Origin: Macrostomum lignano
Lineage: Eukaryota
Reading direction: 5' to 3'
DNA: 64,000 bases
Assembly (NCBI GenBank): GCA_002269645.1
Contig: NIVC01002249.1
Span: forward strand, 1 to 64,000
The position numbers and the translations under genes were made by a program. Each line of letters starts with the position of its first letter. Position 1 is the stretch's first letter. The notes under the pieces are model-generated. The model was not told the DNA's origin, did not search any database, and worked only from the letters and a program-made list of their open reading frames with translations. This document shows, piece after piece, positions 22,538 through 35,040 of the stretch.

Positions 22538-24826
22538 TCAATAACCAATGAGATCTTTGATGGCGGCCAGGCAGCGGCGCTGATGGGGCAGGTAGAAATT
22601 CTCGAATATATGTGGAAACGGCGTGTCATGACCGGCTACTCGCCTCACTGGCGCCTCCAGATTGAGGAAGCAGTGCTCCTGCACCGAGGCGGCCAGCTCG
22701 GCGCCGAAACCGCCGGTCAGCGGCGCCTCGTGCGCGATCAGACAGCGGCCGGTTTTGCACACAGACGCGTACACGGTCTCCTCGTCGAATGGCAGGATGG
22801 TGCGCATGTCGATTAGTTCGCAGGAGACGCCGAGCTCGGATTGGGCTAGGCGGGCCACCTCCCGGAGCACATGCACCTGTGCGACAGGTGGGAGGATAAA
22901 ATAGGCCATAGAAACTGCGCGACGATATTGACTATACTTGACTATATTTTACTAGCAGAAGTCTTAGCAACCGCTTAGCAACAGCATAGTAACTGCATAG
23001 AAACCACAAAGCAACTGCATAGCAACTGAATAGCAACCAAATATCAACAACATAGCAACCAAATGGCAACAGCATAACAACCACATAGCAACTGCATAGC
23101 AACCACATAGCAACGACATAGCAACCAAATAGCAACAGCATAGCAACCACTTAGCAACTGAATAGTAACCATATAGCAACGACATAGCAACGGTGTAACA
23201 ACCACATAGACGTAACTTAGGAACAGCATAGCAACCGGACTAGAAGAGTAAACTAGAAAAATGATTATTTTAACACCAACCTGAGTCCCGTAGCCAATGA
23301 GGGTAACGTCGCTGCCTTCAATTAGCACTTCGGCTTTGCCAATGGGCAGCACGTAGCCATTGACTGGCACGTCTTCAACGGCCGATCTGTACAAAATTTT
23401 CGGCTCAAAATAAAAACACGGATCTGGATCGTTGATGCAGGCCAGCAGGAGGCCCTTAGCCTGGATTGGGCCGCGCGGTATCACCACCTTGATGCCGGGC
23501 AGGTGGGCGAAGAAGCCCTCGGGACTCTGGCTGTGGTACAGGGCGCCGTGACCAACAGCGCCTATTGGGGCCCGGACAGTGAGGGAGCCGCAGTTGAAAT
23601 GATTCCCAGACCGGTACCGATACTTGGAGGCCTCGTTCGCAATCTGATCGAATGCCGGGAAGATGTAGTCTCCGAACTGGATCTCCGCCACCGTGGTGGC
23701 CCCGGCGACTGCGTGACCGATGGCGAATCCAACGATGCCCTGCGGAATTCGCCGGGTAAGGATGAGCAGCGGAGTAGGACTTGAGCAAGGAGTAGGGATA
23801 TTTACTGATGGGATAGGGAAGGCTGCTGCAAGGGTAGGAAAGGCAGTTGCTATGGTAGGCAAGACTGTTGCTAGGGTAGGGAAGGCTGTTGCTAGGGTGG
23901 GGGTCTGTTGCTAGGATGGAAGAGGCTGTTGCTAGGGTTGGAAAGGCAGTTGCTAGGATGGAAGAGGCTGTTGCTAGGGTTGGAAAGGCAGTTGCTATGG
24001 TAGGCAAGACTATTGCTAGGGTTGGGGAAGTCTGTTGCTAGGATTGGGAAGGCTGTTGCTAGGGTGGAGAAGTCTGTTGCTAGGGTGGAGAAGGCTGTTG
24101 CTAGGGTGGAGAAGGCTGTTGCTAGGGTGGAGAAGGCTGTTGCTAGGGTGGAGAAGGCTGTTGCTAGGATGGAAGAGGCTGTTGCTAGGGTTGGAAAGGC
24201 AGTTGCTAGGGTTGGAAAGGCAGTTGCTAGGATGGAAGAGGCTGTTGCTAGGGTTGGAAAGGCAGTTGCTAGGATGGAAGAGGCTGTTGCTAGGGTTGGA
24301 AAGGCAGTTGCTATGGTAGGCAAGACTATTGCTAGGGTTGGGGAAGTCTGTTGCTAGGATTGGGAAGGCTGTTGCTAGGGTGGAGAAGGCTGTTGCTAGG
24401 GTGGAAAAGGCTGTTGCTAGGGTGGAAAAGGCTGTTGCTATGATGGTTATTGAAGTCTAGAGGAAAACCACACGAACAGCTCACCTGTTCACTAAGTGGG
24501 GTATTAAACACCCTGTCCTTGCCATATTTGTCCTTTAAGCCAACTGTGCAGCGAAACACGCCGCCAAAGGCGACATCCTCGCCAAACACCACAGCGGACG
24601 GATCGTTAGCCAGCGTGTTGTCCAGAGCCGAGGTGACGGCCTGGAACAGGTTCATCCGGCTGGTCTCGCCCAAGGATTTGTCAGCGGATTCGGGGGTGTA
24701 CACGAACTGAGGGCCGAAGGACAGGCGGCGACGGCTGAAGCTGGCGGCATCGAGGCAGACAGGGCCGAGTCTGGCGGCCAGCGACCGGCAGCTGCCGCCG
24801 AGCAGCAAAGACGCGATGGGCAGCAT
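22538..24826 (-). CDS. BCKDHB: Branched-chain alpha-keto acid dehydrogenase E1 beta. Exons 24826-24485, 23739-23281, 22876-22538
   Basis: [36 protein letters not shown]|[36 protein letters not shown] and [13 protein letters not shown]-terminus resembles a mitochondrial presequence. GT-AG, phase 0. Confidence 0.97.
22965..23235. repeat. CATAGCAAC-based repeat in BCKDHB intron 2
   Basis: About 20 copies of (A/C)ATAGCAAC with short spacers. Confidence 0.9.
23790..24440. repeat. 21-bp minisatellite (GAAGGCTGTTGCTAGGGTGGA)n in BCKDHB intron 1
   Basis: About 30 copies. Confidence 0.95.
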
Positions 24827-24994
24827 CAAGGTGGGGGGGGGGGGTCACACCAGGTAGTTGCACGCCATGTGTCTGAGCAGCTTTGGATATAATAATCATC
24901 TCTTATGACTCCTCACAGCTATTGTTGCCCATATCATATCCATTTTTTTACTGAAACCTGTCATTGACGGCCGCTCTAAAACCAAGGTTACTAT

Positions 24995-25890
24995 TGCCAT
25001 TGTCACTCCAGATCGCTGCCATTGTCACTCCTGATCGCTGTCATTGTCACTCCTGATCGCTGTCATTGTCCCTCCAAAATCACTGCCATTGTCACTCTAG
25101 ATCGCTGCCATTGTCACTCCTGATCGCTGTCATTGTCACTCCAAAATCACTGCCATTGTCACTCCTGATCGCTGTCATTGTCACTCCTGATCGCTGTCAT
25201 TGTCACTCCAAAATCACTGCCATTGTCACTCCTGATCGCTGTCATTGTCACTCCAAAATCACTGCCATTGTCACTCCAAAATCACTGCAATTTTCACTCC
25301 AGATCGGTGCCATTGTCACTGAAAAATCACTGCCATTGTCACTCCTGATCGCTGTCATCGTCACTCCAAAATCACTGCCATTGTCACTCCAAAATCACAG
25401 CAATTTTCACTCCAGATCGCTGCCATTGTCACTCCAAAATCACTGCAATTTTCACTCCAGATCGCTGCCATTGTCACTCCAAAATCACTGCAATTGCCAC
25501 TCCTGATCGCTGCCATTGTCACTCCAAAATCACTGCAATTTTCACTTCAGATCGCTGCCATTGTCACTGAAAAATCAATGCCATTGTCACTCCTGATCGC
25601 TGTCATCGTCACTCCAAAATCACTGCCATTGTCACTCCAAAATCACTGCAATTTTCACTCCAGATCGCTGCCATTGTCACTCCAAAATCACTGCAATTTT
25701 CACTCCAGATCGCTGCCATTGTCACTCCAAAATCACTGCAATTTTCACTCCAGATCGCTGCCATTGTTACTGAAAAATCACTGCCATTGTCACTTTAAAA
25801 TCACTACCACTGTCACTCTAAGGTCACTGCCATTGTCACTCCAAAATCACTACCACTGTTACTCCAAGGTCACTGCCATTGTCACTCCAA
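24995..25890. repeat. ~21-bp compound minisatellite (CACTGCCATTGTCACTCCAAAAT / CTGATCGCTG variants) upstream of BCKDHB
   Basis: About 40 units. Confidence 0.93.
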
Positions 25891-26424
25891 CTTCAGCAAA
25901 TTTCTACTCCAAATGTGTTTATATTCACTGAAAAATCACAACTATAGCGCCACAAATATCGCTAAAGTCCAATATCTGCAGCTAGAGTATCAAACTATCT
26001 AATTGAATAACTGCTTAACAAAAGCAAATAAGAAACTCAATGACTACCGTTTCTCAATTGGTACTCAACTCCAACAAAAAAATCCTACTTATTTAAAAAA
26101 AGTTTAACAGACACTTTTTATCTAACAAAAATATACACTATTGAATATATAGCGACAGAAAATACTTATATATAATTATATCTAACAGCAACGCTACTAG
26201 CCATAATGTATTGCAATAATAACCGTTGGCGTTAACCAAATGCATCCACAAGTCAGAGTGAGCCAGCTCGATCGATTACCCTAATTGAGGCACTACCCGA
26301 AAGCAAAATTAAGCAAATTATAAAAGCAGAAAAAAATGCACTACTCATTATAATATAGCAGAAGTAGCTTATCCTAATAGTAGTGCATGTAATACAGGCT
26401 CAGTACACAGTAGCGACGATAAAG

Positions 26425-26427
<3 letters not shown>

Positions 26428-26483
<56 letters not shown>
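26428..26483. repeat. (GA)n microsatellite
   Basis: Direct inspection. Confidence 0.95.
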
Positions 26484-26487
<4 letters not shown>

Positions 26488-26715
26488 ATCAGGGAGCTAC
26501 AGTACTGAAGGATTACAGACAGCATAAGATTAATCGATATCAATCGATATTTTCTCACCGGACACACTACTGAGGAATGCAGTATTACATAGAGTGCATG
26601 CATATTAAGAGAAACAATTCAAAACATCAATTAACTGTTTGACGCTGAGATTGAGGTTAGGGGATTAAAATGGTTAATTGGAATTTGAAATCTAATCCCT
26701 ATGTAGATTGAATTC

Positions 26716-27330
26716 TGAGACACTGATCCCAAATTGGAGATATTTTAAGACACTGATCCCATATTGGGGATATTTTTTGAGACACTGATCCCATATTGGG
26801 GATATTTTAAGACACTGATCCCATATTGGGTATATTTTTTGAGACACTGATCCCATATTGGGGATATTTTAAGACACTGATCCCATACTGGAGATATTTT
26901 GAGACACTGATCTCATATTGGGGATATTTTGAGACACTGATCCCATATTAAGGATATTTTGAGACACTGATCCCATATTGGGGATATTTTTTGAGACACT
27001 GATCCCATACTGGGGATATTTTTTGAGACACTGATCCCATATTGGGGATATTTTAAGACACTGATCCCATATTGGGTATATTTTTTGAGACACTGATCCC
27101 ATATTGGGGATATTTTAAGACACTGATCCCATACTGGAGATATTTTGAGACACTGATCTCATATTGGGGATATTTTGAGACACTGATCCCATATTGGGGA
27201 TATTTTGAGACACTGATCCCATATTGGGGATATTTTTTGAGACACTGATCCCATACTGGGGATATTTTGAGACACTGATACCTTATTGGGGATATTTTAA
27301 GACACTAATCCCATATTGGGAGATTTCCAG
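26716..27330. repeat. 30-32 bp minisatellite (GAGACACTGATCCCATATTGGGGATATTTT)n just 3' of IPO9
   Basis: About 20 copies. Confidence 0.95.
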
Positions 27331-27394
27331 ACACTGGCCTGAATGGGATAATTTTCCAACACCCTTCAAGAAAATACTGAGCAGTCTGAAGCCT

Positions 27395-30300
27395 TCAGTC
27401 AAGCTGAATGCCCAGGCAGGTGCGCAAGGCCTTCTTCTCCATGGGGTTGTGATGCTGGGCAAAGCTCGCATAGAACGGCTGCTGCGCCAGCCGGGTGAGA
27501 AAGTCGGCCAGATGCTGGCGCAAGTCGACTCTGTTCACCGGATCAGCGGCCACGTCAGGATCGTCGTCCTCGTCGTCGAGACCTTCGCAGAAGTCGTCAT
27601 TGACTCCATCATCAGCGCAGCGGCTGGAGGCCAACATCAGCTGCTGGAAGAAGTCGCCGCCGCGACGCTCGCTGACATCATCGTCATCGGCTGCTTCGGC
27701 ATCTTCCCCGTCGCCCTCAACATCGTTGCCTTCGTCGCCATCGTCGTCGTCGTCGTCGTCAGCTTCGTCAACAAGGCCGGCTGCGGCTGCGGCGCTGCGC
27801 TCGGCCGCTGCCTCGGTGAGCTCGGCCTGGTGGCTCAGCTCATTGATAAGCAGCTTATAGATCTTCACTACGGCCGGGATCTGCTTGAACTCCTGCTTGC
27901 CGGCCCGCCGGGTGGAGCGCTGGCCCGTGTCCACCTGGACGGCGAGGCAATGTTTATTAATTTAATTCTATGCCGCTAATTTCTAATATTTAATTCCCAT
28001 CCTGTTGGTTGATTCTTAACTCTCGCATGTGCACTGCATTTTCGATCCTTACATCTCTTTCTTTCTCTGATCCCTACATCTCCTCCCTTCTCAGATCCCT
28101 AAATCTTCTCCCTTCTCCGACCGCTACATCTTCTCCCTTCCCAGATCCCTACATCTCCTCTTTTCTTTGATCCCTACCATCTCCTCTTTTCTTTGATCCC
28201 TACATCTCCTCCCTTCCCAGATCTCTACATCTCCTTCCTTCTTCAATCCCTACATCTACTCCCTACTTCGATCCCTACATCTCCTCTTTTCTTTGATCCC
28301 TACATCTCCTCCCTTCCCAGATCTCTACATCTCCTTCCTTCTTCAATCCCTACATCTACTCCCTACTTCGATTCCTACATCTCCTCTTTTCTCGGATCCC
28401 TAAATCTCCTCCCTACTCCGACCACTACATCTCTTCCCTTCTTCGATCCCTACATCTCCTTCTTTCTTCGATCCCTAAATCTCCTCCCTTCTCCAATGCC
28501 TACATTTCCCTTCTCTGATCCCTACACCTTCTTCCCTGGTCATAACGTTTTGCTTTTTCTAATGACTAAATATCCAATCTTCTCATCTCATATCCCTACA
28601 TCTCTATACTTTGCAAATTTCCCAGATAGCCCCCAGACTCACCGGGTCGCCATCCAGCATGACAGTCTGCAGCGCGGGGTTGTCAGTCTTGATGCAATAG
28701 TCCAACAGGGCGGTCAGGGCCATCACAGTCACCCTAAGCTGATAGGCTCCAAAGAACAGGTGCTGACGCGATAGCCAACATTTGAGCAGCTGCTCAAGAG
28801 CCGGACGGCCCCGAGAGTCGGGCGTGACGGACAAGAAGCTGACAAAATGATCGGGATGATGCAGGCAGAGCTGGCTGAACACCAGGATGACGCTCTGTGC
28901 TACAGTCAGAGTCTCGGTAGCCAGCAGTTTGCTTAGGCAGGCCCGCAGGATCAGGTCCAGCTGACCGCCGGGGGCCAGATCGCCGCTAAGCCGGGAAAAA
29001 ATGACGCACACCAGCATGCCGACCTCGGAGCTGGCCGCCTCGGGAGCCTGATTGTCCAACAGTTTCAGCAGGCAGGCCACTAGAAGGTCCAGACCGGTGG
29101 CCTGGCTGTGCGGATCGCGGTACTGCCTGACCAGGTCGGAGGCCACGGAGACCAGAGCTCGAAGGCATTCACCGGTGTTCTGCAGTACGGCGCTATCGTC
29201 GCTGCACCTGGCTACCTGGCACACCAGTGGCAGTGCGGAGCTCACTAGCTCGGCCGGGCAGCCGCCGTCGCCGCAGCCGCGTATCAGCACCTTCAGCACG
29301 TCGATGGCGATGGCCGTCAGCGGGCCGACATCCGGCTTCGCCGCTCCGGCTGACGAATCAGAGGCGGCATCCTAGGGAAGGGGGTTTAATCTTTTTTTCA
29401 GGTGTTGTGGACATGGCGGCGGATCAAAGGAGGATCGAGAAGATGGCGGCAGATCAAAGAAGGATCGGGAAGATGGCGGCGGATCAAAGGAGGATCGGGA
29501 AGATGGCGGCGGATCAAACGAAGGTCAGGATTTAGGAAGATGGCGGCGGATCAAACGAAGGTCAGGATTCAGGAAGATGGCGGCGGATCAAAGGAGGATC
29601 GGGAAGATGGCGGCAGATCAAAGGAGGATCGGGAAGATGGCGGCAGATCAAAGGAGGATCGGGAAGATGGCGGTGGATCAAAGGAGGATCGGGAAGATGG
29701 CGGCGGATCAAACGAAGGTCAGGATTTAGGAAGATGGCGGCGGATCAAACGAAGGTCAGGATTTAGGAAGATGGCGGCGGATCAAACGAAGGTCAGGATT
29801 TAGGAAGATGGCGGCGGATCAAACGAAGGTCAGGATTTAGGAAGATGGCGGCGGATCAAACGAAGGTCAGGATTCAGGAAGATGGCGGCGGATCAAAGGA
29901 GGATCGGGAAGATAGCGGCGGATCAAAGGAGGATCGGGAAGATAGCGGCGGATCAAAGGAGGATCGGGAAGATAGCGGCGGATCAAAGCACTGAGGACTC
30001 ACAGCAGTGGGCTCCTCCTTCTGTCGCACGTAGGTCTGCAAAATGCTGCACATTGGCGGCAGCAGCCGCTCTCGCAAGGCATCCCTACAAGCCGGATTTC
30101 CGGCCAGCTGGGTGAACACGTCCAGGCAGAGGTCGACCAGCACAGGATCGGAGTAGAACTTCAACAGCATGGCCAGAGCCAGAGGGCCCAGTTGGCCCTC
30201 AAATCCGGCCGTAATCCGAGGATCGATGGGCAGAGCAAAGCAGAGGCTCTCCATGCAGAGGCATTTCACTTCATGGCCCTGGGTGAAGGCCAGAGAGGAC

Positions 30301-33300
30301 AGGCCGTGGAACATCTGGGCCAGATGCGGCTTTAGCAGACTTTCCTGCAGGATGTTGTTAAAAAAACGAAGTAAATAAAGCAAGTAAACACGGCTCAGTA
30401 GCAACTAAAATGACTAAACCGTTGAAGACCAAGAAAGGTGAAAATTCACCTGAAAACTTTGTTAGAAATTCCAAAAACAGGTATTCCCAAACGTGGAAAA
30501 TCGCAAACCAGTTGATTTTCGAACCCAAAGGTATTCCCAAACAGGGGGATTCCAAAGCCCAGGGAATTACTAAACCAGGGATTCCCAAACGTGGGAAATC
30601 TCAAACCAGAGGATTCCCGAACCCAAAGGGATTCCCAAACCAAGGGGATTCCTAAACCAGAGATTCTCAAACAACCCAGGGAATTCCCGAACCAAAGTGA
30701 TTCCCAAACCAAGGGGATTCCTAAACCAGAGGATTCCCGAACCCAAAGGGATTCCCAAACCAAGGGGATTCCTAAACCAGAGATTCTCAAACAACCCAGG
30801 GAATTCCCGAACCAAAGTGATTCCCAAACCAGGGGATTCCCAAACCAAGGAACTCTCATACCAGGGGTTTTTCGTGGAAGTAGAATTGGAAAATCTTGGA
30901 AACGATTAGCAAAACAGATTACTGAAACAAAGAGAATCAAAATAGTAAAAACAATATTCTTATGAATACATGATTTCCAATGAACCCGCATAAGAAAATA
31001 GCATTAGAAGCTCACCTGTCCAACCGCTTTGAGGTGATCGCAGTAGCACATGACAGCCCGGGCGGCGCACACCCGGACACTGACTGGCCGCTGGTCGGAC
31101 AGCGCGGCTGCTGTAGCGGCCAGCAGGCCGGGCAGGTGCTGCGGCGGGGTGTACAGAGCAAACCGGCCGGCGCACCAGAGCGCCCGGCCCTGCAGGAACG
31201 GATAGTCGGCCTCCTGCAGTGTGGGTATGAGCAGCTGCTCCACGAATGCTGCGGAGTCGAAACCGCCGCCGCCGCTTTTAGTGAGCAGTTTGCGCGACGC
31301 GCCCATCGCTAGCAGCAGCGCCTCGCATCGGCGCCACCAATTGGCGTCGCCAGCGGAGCGCGCTTTGGCAAGATCCTCGCGCAGGCGGCCGCAGGCGCGG
31401 ACCAAAGCGACCGACGTTGATTTGGCCAGGTCGGAGCGCAAGGCGTCCAGTAGAGACTGGGCTGAGGCGCGCACCTGTCGTTTTTAAATACGACGGATTG
31501 CCCTGACCTTTACAAATTCATTGATTTTTTCCGTAACTTTTATATGGCCGCTCGTTCATTTTATATATCTGATATTCATCTAACCCGAACAACCCTTTGT
31601 TAGTTTGATCTCGCCGCCAATCTATTCCTTTTTTATCTTCGCATCTACATTGGTTCTTTGATCTCGCCGACAATCAGGTCCTTATCTATCCCAGCATCTA
31701 CATTGGTTCTTTGATCTCGCCGACAATCGGGTCCTATCTATCCCAGCATCTACATTGGTTCTTTGATCTCGCCGACAATCGGGTCCTTATCTATCTCAGC
31801 ATCTACATTGGTTCTTTGATCTTGCCGACAATCGGGTCCTTATCTATCCCCGCATCTACATTGGTTCTTTGATCTTGCCGACAATCGGGTCCTATCTATC
31901 CCCGCATCTACATTGGTTCTTTGATCTCGCCGACAATCAGGTCCTTATCTATCCCAGCATCTACATTGGTTCTTTGATCTCGCCGACAATCGGGTCCTAT
32001 CTATCCCAGCATCTACATTGGTTCTTTGATCTCGCCGACAATCGGGTCCTTATCTATCTCAGCATCTACATTGGTTCTTTGATCTTGCCGACAATCGGGT
32101 CCTTATCTATCCCCGCATCTACATTGGTTCTTTGATCTTGCCGACAATCGGGTCCTTATCTATCCCCGCATCTACATTGGTTCTTTGATCTTGCCGACAA
32201 TCGGGTCCTTATCTATCCCCGCATCTACATTGGTTCTTTGATCTTGCCGACAATCGGGTCCTTATCTATCCCCGCATCTACATTGGTTCTTTGATCTTGC
32301 CGACAATCGGGTCCTTATCTATCCCCGCATCTACATTGGTTCTTTGATCTCGCCGCCATCAATATACCGTATTGTTTAAATGATGCCAGAGTAAAATAAG
32401 TCAATAACCCATGATTTACCGAATAAGCGGTGCTCTCAATCTCCTCTTCCGCCACAAATTTGTCCGGATTCTCCTGCCAGTCCAAGGTGTCGCACTGTCT
32501 AATCTGCATCAACAGCACCAGGTAAACCAGCAGGTCGTCCAAGCTAGTCTTGAGATCGGCTCTGAACTTGGAGGAAGCCAGCATCGCTTCAACAAAATCG
32601 AATAGGCCGTAGCAGACTGTCTGGATGCTGAACTCGCCACCTTCGGAGTCGGCCGCCTCATCTTCGAGCGAGTCCGAGTCAACCGCCTGGCGGAGGTAGG
32701 CCTGAGCGCTCTGCACCAGGGTGCGCCAGACAGCCGGCAGTAGATGAGTTTTGTAAGGCGCCAAGTGGCCGGGGAAATAAGTCACCAGGCTGGTTAGCAG
32801 GCCAAGAAGCTCTTTGCGGAGCCGGTGACCGCAGGCTGGCGACTCAAGCTGGCCGACAGCGGACGGAATTAGATCCTCCAGGAACGGCTGCACGCACTGG
32901 GCAGCCAGTGCTGAATAGGAAAAGGGCATCGTTTCGGCTATTGAGTTCGATTTCTGATTGAGGCATGCGACTTTATAGGGGTAAAGGTGACCCCTCTTAA
33001 TTAGGGGGGTCAAAAGGTAACTTTTAATTAGGGGGTCAAAGGCGGCTCTTAACTATCGGGGGGGGGGGCAAAGGCGACTTAATGGGGGGGGGGGGTCAAA
33101 CACAACTCTTAATTAGGGAGGGGGGTCAAAAGGCGACTCTCCATGGAGGGGATTCAACAGGCGACTCTCCATGGAGGGGATTCAACAGGCGAGTTCTAGC
33201 GTGGGTCAGCGATCAAAGGGCAACTTTTGATGAGGCAAACTTCGAATTTTATCTAGCTACTGTCTAGGTTTGCTTAAACAAACAAATATAAATTAACCTG

Positions 33301-35040
33301 GCCGACCGCACTGCCCAATAAAGGCAAGCAGCGTTGCCATGGTGACAGCGGCTCGAGCCCGCACTCCGGCGGGAAACTGGTCCGGACTAGCCAGCACGGC
33401 CAGCAGGTGAGGCATAATTACAGGGGCCAACTGCCCAGCCTGCTGCTCGGACATCTCCCTGACCAGCTCCTGCAGCACCCGCAGAGCTCCGTGCACGCTG
33501 GGGCCCTCACGCCGGCTGAGCAGTTCGATCAATGAGTCGAACAGTCCGGGCCAGTCGTCTGGCCAGTCGTTCTGAGCTGCTAGAGCCACGGTTAGGGCGG
33601 CTGTTGAGCGCAGTCTCGATTCCGGCAGGGCGATGGCGCGCAGAAGCTGGTCGCGAAGAATTTGTTTGGCGGCAGCTGGCACCGGGGGTGGCGGCTGCTG
33701 CTGGGTGGAATTGGCGACGTCTCCGACCGCGACGCTGGAGTCTGAGTCCGCCTGCATGGTGAAAAGTTTGACACTGATACAGGATTCAGTGCAGTGTCGC
33801 TGTATAAATCCCCTGATAGGTAAGAAGGCGCCCCCTGTCTCCATCTCGTGAATGTTCAGGGAGTGCCAGCTGCCTTCATATCCTAGCTGCTCAGGGAGTG
33901 CACACAGCCTCTACCCTGATGATAGTTCAGAGAGTGCCCGTTGTCTCTATCCATTCTCTAGCTGTCCAGGGAGTGCCCGCTGTCTCTATCCATTCTCTAG
34001 CTGTTCAGAGAGTGCCCGCTGTGTCTATCCATTCTCTAGCTGCTTGAGGGAGTGCCCGCTGTCTCTATCTATTCTCTAGCTGTTCAGGGAGTGCCCGCTG
34101 ACGCTGTCTATCCATTCTCTAGCTGCTTGAGGGAGTGCCCGCTGTCTCTATCTATTCTCTAGCTGTTCAGGGAGTGCCCGCTGACGCTGTCTATCCATTC
34201 TCTAGCTGCTTGAGGGAGTGCCCGCTGTCTCTATCCATTCTCTAGCTGTTCAGGGAGTGCCCGCTGTCTCTATCCATTCTCTAGCTGTTCAGGGAGTGCC
34301 CGCTGTCTCTATCCATTCTCTAGCTGTTCAGGGAGTGCCCGCTGTCTCTATCCATTCTCTAGCTGTTCAGGGAGTGCCCGCTGTCTCTATCCATTCTCTA
34401 GCTGTTGAGGGAGTGCCCGCTGTCTATCCATTCTCTAGCTGTTCAGGGAGTGCCCGCTGTCTCTATCCATTCTCTAGCTGTTCAGGGAGTGCCCGCTGTC
34501 TATCCATTCTCTAGCTGTTGAGGGAGTGCCCGCTGTCTATCCATTCTCTAGCTGTTCAGGGAGTGCCCGCTGTCTATCCATTCTCTAGCTGCTTGAGGGA
34601 GTGCCCGCTGTCTATCCATTCTCTAGCTGCTTGAGGGAGTGCCCGCTGTCTCTATCCATTCTCTAGCTGCTTGAGGGAGTGCCCGCTGTCTATCCATTCT
34701 CTAGCTGTTTATGGAGTGCCCGCTGTGTCTATCCATTCTCTAGCTGTTTAGGGAGTGCCCGCTGGACAAAGTCAAATAAAGATAAGCTCCAAAAGTAGTT
34801 AAGTACTAAAAAAGTGAGCCAAACCTGGACTCCGCACCAGCTCTGCGCCACGTACTGCTTGAGCACAACGCAGGCCAGGTGTCGCACCGGTGGCGCCACC
34901 TGGTCGCTAAGCAACAAATCAGCCAGAACGGGGCCATATTCATCTGACTGGGCAAAGCAGGCTAAGCGAGCCTCCTGTTCACGCGAGCTGCCAGTTGCCA
35001 GGTCGGACAGGCAAGCAAAAATCGAGTCCCGTAGAGCCAT
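27395..35040 (-). CDS. IPO9: Importin-9. Exons 35040-34825, 33751-33298, 32910-32420, 31474-31016, 30344-30003, 29371-28643, 27934-27395
   Basis: VRHLACVVLKQYV..W (IBN-N), AQNDWPDDWPGLF, DPDKFVAEEE-like (NPDKFVAEEE), FLQGRALWCAGRF, an acidic C-terminal loop, and DPVNRVDLRQHLADFL. All junctions are GT-AG and phase-compatible. Confidence 0.95.
28050..28520. repeat. Degenerate pyrimidine-rich repeat (GATCCCTACATCTCCTC core) in IPO9 intron 6
   Basis: About 15 copies. Confidence 0.85.
29410..29990. repeat. 30/37-bp minisatellite (GGAAGATGGCGGCGGATCAAAGGAGGATCG)n in IPO9 intron 5
   Basis: About 17 copies, two unit types. Confidence 0.95.
30515..30850. repeat. GGATTCCCAAACC-based compound repeat with a ~120-bp duplication, IPO9 intron 4
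   Basis: Direct inspection. Confidence 0.85.
31600..32355. repeat. 52-53 bp minisatellite in IPO9 intron 3
   Basis: About 14 copies of GATCTCGCCGACAATCGGGTCCTTATCTATCCCAGCATCTACATTGGTTCTTT. Confidence 0.95.
32990..33200. repeat. Degenerate G-rich repeat (GGGGGTCAAAAGGCGACTCT) in IPO9 intron 2
   Basis: About 6 diverged copies. Confidence 0.7.
33850..34765. repeat. 37-39 bp minisatellite in IPO9 intron 1
   Basis: About 23 copies of GGGAGTGCCCGCTGTCTCTATCCATTCTCTAGCTGTTCA. Confidence 0.95.

Noticed and set aside
26716-27330. CCATATTGG as a CArG/SRF box array
   Set aside because: It has only five A/T between CC and GG, whereas the consensus needs six.
23270-34830. Atypical donors GTTGGT, GTTAAT, GTTTGG as minor-spliceosome introns
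   Set aside because: They lack the U12 RTATCCTT signature and are just weak U2 GT-AG donors.
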